Positions 12,590-26,431 are shown, counted from the stretch's first letter. The stretch: DNA of 64,000 bases from Eledone cirrhosa (GCA_964016885.1 OZ024740.1:79732001-79796000), one strand, 5' to 3'. Notes: a model not told the origin generated them from the sequence alone. Made by a program: numbers and translations.

Positions 12590-15277
12590 ATATATATATA
12601 TATATATATACACTTTGTCCACTCACATTATATATAGTCAATACTAATCTGACTTAGTATATATAAATATATCATAGAAAGTCACTCAGACATGCACTTA
12701 TTACAGATATATAACACATATCTATGTACATAACATACACATAGATGGACCAATGCAAATTCATGTGGGGGGGGGGAGAAACTCATGAAGAGGTGAGCAG
12801 ACAGCTGGAAGATCTTCAGAGCAAAACTCCCATGAAGCAAATGTTTTGATCCTTGATTCCTCTAGGCCATGACTCCAAGATGTCCTCCTGCAGTTTTTTT
12901 TTACCTTCCTTCAGTGGGAAAGGAACCCAGGACCTTCTGATGGTTTTGTTTCCCATTCCTGTGGGTTGGTGGGGTGGGTGGGGGTGATTTGAATTCAGTG
13001 TGCAGAGAGTAAATACTGCAAGTCATTTTGACCGTGCTCTATAGACTGCTAATTTACCTTAACTAATTCATGTAAACTAAAAAAGTGTTGGCCCAGTGCT
13101 GTCTTCATTAATCAGTGGAAGTTAGAAAATATTTCAATTAATGCCATTTTAATCAGTTGATCCTGTACCAGAGATGAATAATCGACTTCTGTTATTTATT
13201 CTCTGGTCTCTATCCCTCATAGCTAGCTAGCTATTTGTACACTAGCCCCAAGCCTATCTAACACACTTATCTTTTCTCATCCCATGAACCATACTGTATC
13301 TCCTCACTCTAGTCCTGCACTAACCACTATATCCACTCTTTCATGCCCAGAACATCAACCCTCTGGAATTTCCTTCTTCCATCTCTTGCTTTTTCTACAG
13401 TCATTGATCTCTAGATGTTTAAGCTGAACACAAATTTCATAAATCCCATTAGGTTTGGAAGACCTGTCAAATTCAAAGACATAACCACTCGCTTCATTTA
13501 AAAATTTGTCACTAATGTTCTTTCTCAAGCATTATATCAACACTTCTCTACCTGGTTAAAAAGTCAAGATAATACTAGAATAGTAGTTCTAATCCAGGGC
13601 TCTGTGGACCCTCGGAGATTTAGAAAGATAGTACTGGGAATACATGAGTTAAGTTCAAAATTTCAAGAACTTAATTAAAAATATATTCACCTGCTATAGG
13701 TTAGCCACTTTTTCTCAGTGTAAACATTTCTCTCTTCCGATTGTTATTCTGTATAACAATCTGGGAGGGAAGTATTTGAAGCAATGTGTCCATCAGAAAA
13801 TTCTTTTAGAAAGAAGGGATCTTTGATAGTGAAAAGATTGGGAAATACTATAATATACCAATACTGATGTTGGGTCCAAAAGTTTTGAGTTATCATTAGA
13901 GCAATATTCCAGCTCTGAATCAAATAGTTAAGAGAGTACTTGATCAACTTTCTTCTAACTCAATGTAATTTTCGTAAAACTAGACCAACATTGCTGAAGT
14001 GTACTGCTGTATTGAATTGGCAAAGTCATTAAAACAACAAAGAGAATACTTAGTGGTATTTATTCCAGTTCTCTGTGCTTTGAGTTCAAATCCAAGTTCA
14101 ACTTAGCTTTGTGTCCTTTTGTAGTCAATAAATAAAGTACCAGGCTACTACTGGTGTTGATTCTCTTCTATATCTCTTTCTCACTTCCTCAGTCTCTCAC
14201 TGTGTCTTTTTCTCTGGAAGAAATTGGCTGTGTTCAGACCTGGAGAGAGATTCTCTCTACCAGGTTTAAATGCCTAAGTAATACTGTATATCACTTCAGC
14301 ACCCATATGACTCAATCAGGAGTTAAGGTCCAAAGTCTGAAGTGTACTGGTGTATTGATGTGTTATTTTGCTCATCAGTTGGGTACTCTCTTTATGGATG
14401 CAGATAAGAATATTCAAATGTATAGTAATAACAGCACTATCCTAGACACGACAGTAGTATTTATTTGTAGATTTACTTTGAGACCTGTAAAACTCAGCAA
14501 TAATTTGGAGCTGAATTACTTGCTGGGTTTTACAGGGAAGGCTAGCAATTTATTAGCTGACACAATTTGAATGTTTATCCTTTCTCTAAGGCTGTCTGTA
14601 GTGCCTCTAACATTTGATCAATTATTACTGTCTGCAGTGCTTCTAACATTTGATCAATTGTTACCTATAATTTGGGTGGTAGACAATTCATTGTTCAGTT
14701 TAATACTCTTACCTGGCCATAAGATGCATTTAATGGAGTCTACCCCTGTTATAAGAAGTCAAGGTCGGTCTCAAATTTTTGAATACTTTTTTCCCTCCTT
14801 TCCGTCAGTCTTGGTGGCCCCAAAAAGGGTCACAGCCACTGCCTTTTCTCATGACTAAGGAAAAAGAAAACATGCCAGTAAGTATGAGCAGCCGGTTATG
14901 ACCAGTTTGAACAGAAGGAGTTGAGAGAATTCTGGCCAGATGTGGCCGGTTTAAATGCTAATGGGTTAATCATATTTTGAATATTTTCCTGTTTGTCATC
15001 AGTTTATGTATAGATACAAAACAGACACAGTACACCTGTTAATAAACTCATAACACTTTGAATTCATGTATCTGGCTACTATTTCCATTTAAATTAGTTT
15101 GTATCATGATTAATGTATATTTACAAACTGATCAGACTTCTCTCAAGGAAGCACTTAGTGTTATGTTGTCCATACACACACACACGCATGCACACACACA
15201 CACATACACACACACACACACATACATATACATCGAATCCTTGCTAGCAGAAAAGGCAGCTGTTATATATATATATA

Positions 15278-15944
15278 CTAGCCGAATTACCTGCACCTTG
15301 CTGTGTTTCACACATTTTTTTAGTAAGAAAATGATGATTGATTTTAAATCAGTGATATAATTTATGGAGAAAAACTCTACATTTCAATATTACTCAATGT
15401 AAAATGTAATGCGTGAAAAATTAGAAAACATTATTTTATCAAATCAAAATTACATTATTAAATCTTATTCTTATTTTGTTTCTTGTAAATAATTTTTTTC
15501 AAAATAATTTTTTATCAATTCAAAACTTTTGTGAATAGGCATCATATCTTGTCATTTACCTATGGTTTAAATTTCATATAAATCGAAGGGAAAACATTTT
15601 CAGCAGGGCTTTGTGTCCCCGGGGAACCCTAGTGGGGGTTTAACCCCCATTAGGGTGTCTTAATATTATTGAAATTTGCTGACATTTTGTGAATAGGCAT
15701 CATATGTTGTCATTTACCTATGGTTTAAATTTCATATAAATCGAAGGGAAATAATTTTCAGCGGGGGTTTGTGCCACCAGAGAACCCTTTGATTAAAATG
15801 AAATATTAATGAAATTAAGTATCCTGGACAATATAGTTTCAGAATATATGTGGTTATGGGGGTCTATCTCCAAAACTATAAGAGGAGTTTGTGAACAAAC
15901 AAACAAACAAACAGACAGGGACTACAACTTTATATATATATAGA
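15278..15944 (-). mobile_element. Non-autonomous Helitron
   Basis: rc begins TCTATATATATATAAAG...GTCTGTTTGTTTG and ends GGTAATTCGGCTAG followed by T; internal ~160-bp subrepeat; second copy at 28719-29126. Confidence 0.7.
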
Positions 15945-15979
15945 TATACATATGATATATGTCATCATTATGATCATCT

Positions 15980-16240
15980 TCATCATCATCATCACCATTT
16001 AACATCCTTTTTTCCACACTAGCATGGGTTAGACGAGTTGTCCCATTGTGAGCCAAGCCAAGTCAGATGACCACGTCTTGCTCATACAGAACTGATTTTG
16101 GTTTGGTTGCTACAGCTGGATGCCCTACCTAACGCCAACCACATTTACAGTGAGTACTGGGTGCTTTTTGTCGTGACACCTACATGACCCCTTTAGAGTG
16201 TTGGCTTGGTGTTTTTTGTCGTGACACCCACACGACCACT
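15980..16240 (-). mobile_element. RTE LINE 3' UTR fragment
   Basis: (CAT)n tail, gcatgggttagacg and ggatgccct.cctaac motifs. Confidence 0.7.
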
Positions 16241-16282
16241 TTATATATATATATATATAGATATATGATATATATCATCATC

Positions 16283-16317
<35 letters not shown>

Positions 16318-17185
16318 ATATATATGTGTGTATGTTTATATCTGTGTATGTTTATGTGTACGTATATGTATGTACGAATATGAGTGTATGGAGGTGTATA
16401 ATTTGAAAGGCAAGGTACACCTTTTTGAACAAACATAGTATTTTAGCCTTGTTGTGAAAAAGTAAACTGGTTACATACAGAATTAATCTTTGTGAGTCGA
16501 ACAAAAAAAAACAGGATCAATGTTACCAGTTTCTCACCTTATCATACATCACTTGGATTTGAGCTCAGATTGTAGGGGCCAAACTAAATTATAGCAAATA
16601 ATATATTTTAAAATTCGTTTCTTCCATTTGCTGCTGTTGTTGCTGCCGCCACTGCTGTTGCTGCTGCTACTACTACCACCATCATTACTGCCACCACCGC
16701 TAGGAATGCTACGACTTAAAATAAAATTTCGATAAATTAGTAAAATTTAATAAACAGGGGTGGGGGTATTCGAGACCCGAGAGTACACCTTCGAAAATGT
16801 ATCTGGGTAAAATGTCTTAATTTTTTATTTTTTTATTTTATTAAGATTATGAGGGAACAACTCGGTGAGATTGTATACTAAACTGCAGTCATACCCAAAT
16901 GTTATTGATTCTGAAATGCTGAAAGGCAAAGTCGACCACATCCACGCATACATACGGATTAACACTGCCATATATATGCACGTTTTCTACGTAAAAGAAA
17001 TATGCACATACATATATACAAATTTGACTGGTACAAGTAATATCGATCCCGAAAAGGTGAAAGAAGTCTCTGGCAGGATTTGAACTAAAAGCGTTAAATG
17101 TGTCATTTTAAACACAGCTCTTCCGATTTTGTTAGATTTGATAATAAAGACAGGTAGTAATTCTTTCGTTACTGTCATTAAAAAA

Positions 17186-17692
17186 ATAACGAAATGACGT
17201 GATATATTTTGATTAGGGCCGGACATTCACCTGCTGAGGCTCTAAGCTATATGAAATTTGAGGGTCTTCCCTGAAATAATTCGGGTAAAAATTTTTTTTA
17301 AATAGTTATATATGATTAATATAGGTGATTTGGCAGTATCGGTAGAGCGTCAGACTCCATGCTTTGCAGCGTAGAGTTATATCCCTTTACGTCCTGAGTT
17401 CAAATTTCTGTCGAGGTTAACTTTGCCATTCATCCCTATAGGGTCGATAAAATAAAACACCAGTAAAAAAGTAGAAACATTATTTTTTATATTAATGATA
17501 AAGAATAAATAATAAATAATATATATATCATTTTTGATGATTTAATGTTAAAGAATAAAAACTAATGATAAAATAAAAATACGTTTTAAAAAATGAGGCC
17601 CCCGCTGGTGTTTGGCCTTAGGGCCAAACACCAGCGGGGGCCTCATTTTTTGTCCGGCCCTAATCAAAATATATCACATCATTTCGTTATAG
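17186..17692. repeat. Inverted-repeat element with SINE insertion (17325-17480) and a 64-bp near-perfect palindrome (17588-17651)
   Basis: aacgaaatgacgtgatatattttgattagggccggac (17188) inverted at 17652-17688; aaaaatgaggcccccgctggtgtttggcc-ttag-ggccaaacaccagcgggggcctcattttt. Confidence 0.6.
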
Positions 17693-18294
17693 CTTAGGGC
17701 CTAAGCTATAGCTTGTTTAGCTCATAAGTAAGTTCAGCTCTGATTGTGATCAGCAAGAACAAAAATGCTCATAGGTTTGTTTGACAATACGGTTTAGTGA
17801 AAATAAGTAAACGATGAAACCTCTACATGGTGGTTCGACCTTCTAAAATTAGAAACTAAATTGTTCCTTAAATCAAACCTAACTGTGTTAAAAAGAGGAT
17901 GGCACTTGGCTAATGCGATTCTAAATGCACCATGTCTGTATAAACGGCAAAAAAATAGTGAAGGTATGGTTATGTTTGGAATGTGTTTGATGATAGGACA
18001 CCTGGAGTGTTTACCTGGATTTAAGTCAGAACAATTTAGGAAAAAGGCAAGTTGATTAAATCAACTCCAGTACTTGACTGGTATTTTACTTGATCGACCC
18101 CGGAAAAGCAAAGTTGACCTGTGGAACTTCTTGATGGTTGTTCGACTAACTAGAAATAGCAGCCACATACCAATCCCATCAAGTCATACCTGATTGTCTT
18201 TATGCAGTCCAGTTATATAGATTATTTTAAAATACCGTATTTCTCATGACTAGAACGATACTGGCTATCGGTCTTCTTGATCGATACTGACATG

Positions 18295-18684
18295 ATGGCG
18301 TCGGACAATATGCTTTATGGCACAGTGTTACGCCCCTTTACGATTTGAGTTCAAATTCTGCCGAGGTTAGCTTTGCCTTTCATCCTTACGGGGTCGATAA
18401 AATAAAGTACCAGTAATCACTGCGATCGATTTTATCGACTTTCTCCTTCCCCCAAATTGTTGGCTTTATGCCTAAATCAGAAACCATTATTAACAGCAAT
18501 TGACAGTATCGGTAGAACCTCAGACACCATGCTTCGCAGCATAGAGGTATGGCCCTTTACGTCCAGAGTTCAAATCCCGTCGAGGTTATTTATGTCTTTT
18601 CTCCTTACGAGGTCAATAAAATAAAGTACCAGTAATACACTGGAATAATTGCTGGCCTTGTGCCAAAAGTAGAAACAATTATTA
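18295..18684 (+). mobile_element. Two tandem copies of the dominant tRNA-SINE
   Basis: B boxes at ~18347 and ~18566, central domain and tails. Confidence 0.75.
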
Positions 18685-18892
18685 ACAACAACAAAACAGT
18701 TTACTGATTATGTAATAATGTTATTTGTTAATTCCTTTTGTTTCACGAGGATATATTTTACTTCTACAAAGAAAATAGAATTCTGGACATTAGAGCTTGA
18801 AATAAGAAATCGAAAATTTCTCGTTAGATTCACTCGATTTATTGCAAATATAGAGTTAGGGTTAGAGCACCATTCTTCGATTCGTGTGTGTG

Positions 18893-18975
18893 TGTAGGGT
18901 GGTCAAGTTGGTGTAAACGGTCTAGCACACTTATCGTAAAAATAAGAGATTGTGGGTTCGATCCCCACGCGTGCT
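18893..18975 (+). mobile_element. tRNA-derived SINE head or tRNA pseudogene
   Basis: A box TGGTCAAGTTGG, B box GGTTCGATCC; no clean cloverleaf. Confidence 0.45.
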
Positions 18976-19074
18976 GTCGCCCATTCCTTCTTTCTAGGGT
19001 CTTATACTCTGTTATTAGATTATTTTTTTCCGTAGTCAAACATACAGCAAAAGCTATTAATCCCCCTCCCCCCG

Positions 19075-19145
<71 letters not shown>

Positions 19146-19150
<5 letters not shown>

Positions 19151-20702
19151 TAGGAATAACCAAAGAGTGCTTAGAAATAAATTGTTTTATTAGCTAACAG
19201 TGTTTCATCCATACACCATGGCAGGAATCATCAGAGCCTATAAACATGAGTATTTCAGTAGTTGCATGCTCCATCGAGCTGCGTCACCAGGACAAGGTTA
19301 AAGGATCAGCAAGGGGTCCCGAGGTCAGCGTTATATGGAAAAAGGCAGAATACATGATGCACATAATGTCATAAAATGTCTTAAAAATTAAAAAATTAAA
19401 AATTACACCAAAAATGTATCACTGAAATGGTGCAATAGATGATAAAGAGGTTGGGAGAGGGTATCAAGGGATGAGTGAGGGTATTACTCAGCATGATCAG
19501 AAACAATAAGAAAAAAAAAAATAATAATAATAATAATAAAAAAGTACAAAAATACAGGGATAAGAAAAGAGATAAATATAAAAATACAAAACAATAAAGG
19601 AACAAAAAGCCCGGAAACCCCAAAGAAATGTAAGACAAAGCAAAGCATAGATGCATCAAAGCACAAGCAGTGCAAAAAGAGGGTGTACAGGCAGATCAAG
19701 AGAGTTTGCAAGCATGAGTCTGTGAAAAGAATAGTTGGTTAGCAGTGGTGCAGTCTTACATGTATGATAGTCTATATGAGGGATGGTGTACTCCAATTAT
19801 ATCGCCTTGTAACAGGTCGATTCTCCTTATCATATCCGCACCTTACGAACCACATCGATATGTTCCAGTTCCGAACGTTAAGTGAGATAACATTATTTTT
19901 CCAAAACCTATACCCAGGGGATTTATCACCATAGGCGGTCTGGGATATACACCTAAAATCTAAAATAAAAAATAAAAGAAAGTACAATGAGTTAAAGAAA
20001 TGTATGCTACATATACAGCCGGCACAGATGTGAGGAAATTGAAAACACGCCAGGTCCGCAGAAACTGGCATTCCCCAAAATCCTCACGTTCGGTCGCTCA
20101 ATCCAACGTGCCAGGTGAAATTCACTGTATGTCCAAGTTGGCGTTCAACCAATGTACCGCATCGCATACAACTGTACCACAGTAAATACAAATCGTGATG
20201 GCAATCCCGTTACATATAGAGAAAAAGTGTATATAGGAAACTCCGATTCCAGAATCACATATGGCAGAATGAGCATATATTGTTATAATAATAGGCGGGT
20301 TTATTATAGTGAGTGCAAATTTCTGTAGAATATATAGATATATATAGAAGGGCGAACTCACAACCAAACCTGTCAATGACAGCTATGTTATTTATATTTC
20401 CGCCACGTGGTTTCCGTTTAGATTATTGACTCCGGAGGTTGCAATCCATTCACAGTCGAGTGTGACCCCCTCCTGGGTCGACGGGAGTTCAATATCCAGT
20501 GCTGCACTTTGCCTTGAGTGTGGTTCTATAATTCATCAAATCTGGATCACAATTCATATTCAACTAACTCCAACTTTCAAAGATTAGCCTCTCGCTCGTA
20601 ACACACGACGGTAGTCTGAATATAAACACAGGAAGTCGTAGTGTCCGTATGAAAGGTATGGGAGGCAATTCGCGTCACAAAGGGCGGATTCATTAGATAT
20701 CT
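19146..20702 (-). mobile_element. TA-flanked 1.55-kb element with terminal HHR (19191-19240)
   Basis: rc taggct-CTGATGA-ttcctgccatggtgtatggat-GAAA-cactg-TT-agcta followed by ataaaa and (TA)n. Confidence 0.55.
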
Positions 20703-20717
20703 GTATATATATATATG

Positions 20718-20794
<77 letters not shown>

Positions 20795-20836
20795 ACGAAA
20801 CATAAGTCAATTGCATGAACTCATAATCATTTATTT

Positions 20837-20892
20837 ACTGCTATATATATTTCGATGATAGCCATTGAATGGCTATGACCTCATCAGGCAGT
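20837..20892 (-). ncRNA. Type I hammerhead ribozyme
   Basis: rc actgc-CTGATGA-ggtc atagccat tca atggctat catc-GAAA-tatata-TA-gcagt; all three stems fold. Confidence 0.85.
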
Positions 20893-21804
20893 TAGTTCTT
20901 AGATATGCCAGCTCTGTGTTTATCGTGTTATGGTATCAGAGCCTTGGGACATATGAGCTTGTTAGGAATAATTTAATGTTGTCAGCAGGAATAGTCTTGA
21001 TTCTCATTGGTCGGTTTGTAGATGGTAGTAGGGTTGGTATCTGACCTCAAAGAGTCAGGTGGTGTTGTAAAGTTCAAACCGTCAGGCAAGATGACAATAG
21101 TTCCATATGACTGATTTTCATAAAAAGCATTCCTGGTCAGATATATATTCAATTGAGGTTAATAGTATGAAATAGATACTACAGGTCATTCTTAAATTGA
21201 GGAATTTATGTGGAGTGGTGCTACTGAAATTTATGGTTGGAGTAGAAAATGTACAAATAAAAAGACTTATGTAGGTTGGCTTGCACTACACTCACACCCA
21301 CTTCCACAGACACACACACCCATCCACACATACAAAATGTGGGGTGGTAATACTTAATATAATGGTTAGAGTCCAATACTTAGATAGTTTAGAAAATTTA
21401 GAAATAAAAGGTTTATGCTGGCTGACTTGTACATACACTCACACCTACCCCCTCAGACACACACATCTACACACACAAATCCATACAGGTGTGTATATAT
21501 ATATATATATGTATGCATGTATGTACGCACAAGTATACATATATATATATAAAATATATATATATACACAGAACATACATATATATAAAATATATACATA
21601 TAAAAATATAAAAAAAATATATATACATAAAATACACATATACACAAAATATATACACACATAAAACATACATATATATATATAAAATACACATACATAT
21701 ATATATAAAATATATACATACATATACATACATATATATAAAATACACATATAAAATATATATATATATATATACATGATATATATATATATACATATAT
21801 ATAT

Positions 21805-23121
21805 AAAACCAGGTTCAATAAAACGTGGTTTAGATGACTCCTAACCAGTAGAGGATCCGGTGGACCATCCACCATAGGGACCACAAACTATGGGTGGTTG
21901 TTGTTGTCCATTGGTCATTGGTACTGGGTGTAGGAGACCTACAGGGGGGGGGGGGGGGGGGGGGGGCTTGTGGGAGGCCGTAACCGGGGTTTATCCATAT
22001 AGCTTGAGGAAAGTTCCCGTCCTTAGGTGTCTGCAGGCACCGAATAAGTCGGCCCTTCTGTTTAATAGCTTCGTGTTCCGCCATGAAGAATCTCGAGTGT
22101 CTCACTAAGACAGAGGTTGCAAATACCAGACCCGCCTCTGTCTGGGGGAACCTTTCTAACCTCGGACCAGAGAGTGCGGGGTCTTTTCAAGTTTGAGCTT
22201 CCAGATCAATTCAGAAACGGGCGTACATTTCCTCTTATCTATTCTGTTAAAGGAATGGCGATGGTTATACCACCGATCTTTGAAGCTCGTCGCTGTGGAT
22301 CCTATGTAGTGGTGCTCCGAGTTAGGGGTCGTGACCTTGCACCTGTAGACCACGTTTTTCGTCATGCATTCATTACTAAGGGGGAATAGTGATGGGTCTC
22401 TGCAATTACATGACTTCTTAAGCCCACCACATGTACTGCGTGGTTACCATCACTCGGGGCTGGCTGGGTAGCCTCAGCAATCAGCACAGGGTCGTTGGGT
22501 TCCGGTGTGCTAGTTGGGCCTGTCCGGGTTCCGTTGCGTCCCGCGTGCTGGTTCTGTTGGGTGGCTCCGGGGTTTACGGTGGTATTAGAGGCAGTGAGCC
22601 TATTCCTATTTATGCCAGCTATGTGTTGGGCTATGGAGCGTGTGGTTGAGTAGGAAAGTTTCACCGTGTGCCTGTTGAATATTTTATGGTACTTGTGGGC
22701 CCTAGGGAAACATCCAGTACTCTAAAGAATGTTCTAGCCAGGCTGGTACGTAGACCCATCGAGTACGGAGGGTTATACCATGTGACCTTCCTGGTCCTAT
22801 TCTTGCGGGGTTGTTGGGTGTCCGCCGTGGGCCATCGCGAGGTTGTGCACAGCTCAGGTCGAGCTCGGTTGGTGTCACTCGGGTGTGCGGAGCGGTCACT
22901 ATCATGAGGGTTATATGGGCCAACCGTGGGGCTATAAACCTGCGAGGTGCGGCCTCCCTGCTCAATTAGGGTTCGGCGGGTGGTGGGGCCGGTGCAGGGG
23001 TGCCTATGCTCCGCAGCACAGTGGTCTTCAGCGTTGTAGGTATTAGACCGGTGGGGTATGCGGAACCTTCTACCGGGGGTGGTGACGGATAGGGGCCTGG
23101 GAGTGTTACTACTGGTCACCG

Positions 23122-23124
<3 letters not shown>
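21805..23124 (-). mobile_element. 5'-truncated Penelope-like element (linker plus GIY-YIG endonuclease, frameshifted)
   Basis: RKVTWYNPPYS...KLSYS and NVVYRCKVT...HYIGST...FKDRWYNHRHSF motifs; flanked by (TA)n. Confidence 0.85.
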
Positions 23125-23159
<35 letters not shown>

Positions 23160-23161
<2 letters not shown>

Positions 23162-23678
23162 ATGAAATTAATAATATTAATAAATGGAAACTATATTTAT
23201 AGAACCATATTTATTTTATTATATATATTTCAAGGTTTCAAGGGTACCAAAAAAACCTTGGTACGCTCTCATCAGATAAAATACAAAATTTGTTTTATAA
23301 ATAGTGACATACCCGATAAACCAAACCTTATCGGTCCAGGTTCTATTTGGATAGAATATATCTATTTGATATAATAAAATAAATATGGTTTTATAATTAT
23401 AGTTTCCATTTATTAATATTATTAATATCAGATAGTTACGTCCCTTTACGATCTGAGTTCAAATCCCGCCGAGGTTGACTTTGCCTTTCATCCTTACGGG
23501 GTCGATAAAATAAAGTACCAGTAATGCACTGGGTAATTGCTGGCCTTGTGCCTAAAGTAGAAACAATTAATATTATTAATATCATTGATATTCTACTCCA
23601 GGAAACTTGTAGAGTGCTTCGAATCTGTTATAATAAATAAATTTGTTGAATTACCAGCAAATTAAATATCTCTTTGCT
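23160..23678. mobile_element. Family B fold-back element with HHR (~23212-23283 -) and nested SINE (23431-23565 +)
   Basis: rc CTGATGA-gagcgtacca..tggtaccctt-GAAA with duplicated ccttGAAA; SINE flanked by attaatattattaatatca direct repeat. Confidence 0.7.
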
Positions 23679-23695
23679 TATATATATATATCTAT

Positions 23696-24257
23696 CTAGG
23701 GCGGGTAAAATTCCCGAGATCCATGGACGAGTTCTCTCCAGCGGTCTCTGTCTCTCATTATCGCTGCCATGTCCTGCGTCTCCAACAGACCAGTGTCTGT
23801 CCTTAGGGCATCAACATACGTTAACCTTGGTCTTCCTCTTCCAGTGTGTCCATGTAGGGGATCCCACAGGAGCACTCAGTGCAATGTCAACTCTGGATGT
23901 CGGTGAGCATGTCCAGTTAACCTCAGTCTCCTCTGTGTCACTTTTGAGCTGACTTTTGGGAGGCTCCCATACAGCTCTGAGTTTTTCATCCTCAGTGTAT
24001 ACTGATTAATGTTCAGAGCCATCCTCAGCATTCTCGTGTAGCACCCATCCACCATCTGAGTGAGTTTCTTGGTTAGTGTCCAAGTCTCAGACCCGTACAG
24101 CAGCACAGACTCCACTACAGCAATGAAGAGGCGGATTTTCAGGTCTTTAGGAAGGTCCGACTTCCACACCGACCTCAAGCTGTGGCACACTGCCCAGGCT
24201 TTGCTCTTCCTCTCAACCACATCATCTTCCGTATTCCCAATCTTTGCTCCCAAATAC

Positions 24258-24260
<3 letters not shown>
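23696..24260 (-). mobile_element. 3' fragment of a second RTE-group LINE family
   Basis: YLG...LKIRLFIAVVESVLLYGSETWTL...RRLRLTGH; ends HGSREFYPP*; relative at 30083-30587. Confidence 0.85.
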
Positions 24261-24289
<29 letters not shown>

Positions 24290-24290
24290 C

Positions 24291-24369
<79 letters not shown>

Positions 24370-24372
<3 letters not shown>

Positions 24373-25283
24373 ATATGTTAAGTATTTCCGTGGAAAAGGT
24401 AAAGGAAAGAAGAGTGCTCTATGTATAGTACAGAGCTATTTAATTATGTAATAAACAACACAATATAATTATTCGATTACCCAAGGTTTCACGAAGTCAG
24501 GCGACTCAACAGAGGCGTCCGAAGTTGGAATCTTTAATATGGATGTAAGATATTAAATTAAAATAAAAATCTATTAAAATCGTTGTATATATACATGTAA
24601 TTACTTCAACGTCCAGCTTTGCACATTTTTCTATTTACTTTTTATAACAATATGTTTACTTCTTTTTTATTCTTTATGTACGTATGTATTTTTATTTTTT
24701 ATTTTTAAGTGTATATACTTGCCGATGATGGCTTTCAGACACATCCTTCCATGTGTCTATATGTATATGGCTTTATTTATGTATATGAACGTCGTGTATA
24801 TGTAGGTGTGGGCTTACATATTCATGTAAATGGTATATATATATATATATATATATATCAATGATATTAAATAAATGGAAACTATATTTATAAAACCATA
24901 TTTATTCTATTATATATATTTCAAGGGTACTAAAACTTTGGTACGCTCTCATCAGATAAAATACAAAGTTTGTTTTATAAATATTGACATATCCAGGAAG
25001 AAGATCTTAACGGTTCAAGATTTTCCTGGATAGTGAAAAACTTGAACCGTTAAGATCTTCTTCCTGGATATGTCAATATTTATAAAACAAACTTTGTATT
25101 TTATCTGATGAGAGCGTACCAAAGTTTTGGTACCCTTGAAATATATATATAATAGAATAAATATGCTTTTATGAATATAGTTTCCAGATGAACGACTTCG
25201 GACGCCTCTGTTGGGGTCGCCTGATTTCGTGAAACCTTGGGTAATGGAATAATTATATTGTGTTGTTTATTACATAATTAAAT
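24370..25283. mobile_element. Nested fold-backs: outer arms 24439-24524 / 25195-25282, inner family B element 24857-25186 with HHRs (24903-24963 -, 25097-25159 +)
   Basis: tattttat-CTGATGA-gagcgtacca aagtt ttggtaccctt-GAAA-tatata..-atagaata. Confidence 0.75.
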
Positions 25284-25324
25284 ATATATATATATATATG
25301 CCTATATATATATATATATCTGCC

Positions 25325-25413
<89 letters not shown>

Positions 25414-25420
<7 letters not shown>

Positions 25421-26120
25421 TTAGTTAAGCAAAACAAGACCACAAATTTCACAAGGAAGACATTAAAAGATTGTCAACATATTTTAGTTTGATGTAAGGA
25501 ATGTAGAGAATAATAATAATAATATTAATAATAATAATGTCCGTTTACAATTGTTTCGCTACTCCATATAATATTTCTGGATCAAATGACTGTATATCAT
25601 TATTGATCTGGTGAAATACCAATATATAGAACATTACATTATGTAACATTCTTTCCTTATTTTAATTTCTATTCCTTTGAAGTTCCGATGAGCGCTCTAT
25701 CTTTAATTCTGTTAATTATTTTCAACTGAACCAGATCAATAATGATATATAGTCATTTGATCCAGAAATATTATATGGAGTAGCGAAACAATTTTAAACG
25801 GACATTATTATTATTATTGGCAGTGTCGGTAGAGGGTCGGAAGCCATGCTTTGACGTATAGAGTTACGGCCCTTGCCATTCTGAGTTCAAATCCCGTCGA
25901 GGTTAACTTTGCCTTTCATCCTTACGAGGTCGATAAAATAAAGTACCAGTAATGCACTGGGTAATTGCTGGGCTTGTGCCAAAAGTAGAAACAATTATCA
26001 TTAATATTATTATTATTATTCTCTACATTCCTTACATCAAACTAAAATATGTTGACAATCTTTTAATAATGTCTTCCTTGTGAAATTTGTGGTCTTGTTT
26101 TGCTTAACTAATGAATATTT
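25414..26120. mobile_element. Fold-back element with expanded HHR-like motif (25682-25799 +) and nested SINE (25818-25998 +)
   Basis: Arms 25414-25612 / 25730-26118; GAAA-caattg-TA palindromic stem III. Confidence 0.65.
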
Positions 26121-26293
26121 CCAGCTCTGCGCGCCTAACTTCTGCATGGACCCAGCCACCTAGCTGTTTTCCACTGCACATTGCACATTGAGCACATGCC
26201 TTTACGCTTTGGCTTCTAACTAATTCACCAATCTCTCCTCTCCTATCTCCTCACCTATCTCCATCTCTCTCTTTAAGATTGGTTACTCTTGAA

Positions 26294-26394
<101 letters not shown>

Positions 26395-26399
26395 GTATG

Positions 26400-26431
<32 letters not shown>

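Noticed and set aside
18893-18975. Functional tRNA gene
   Set aside because: A and B boxes present but acceptor and anticodon stems do not fold
24476-24524. CTGTTGA...GAAAccttgggTA HHR-like motif
   Set aside because: Core mismatch, and stems I and II do not close
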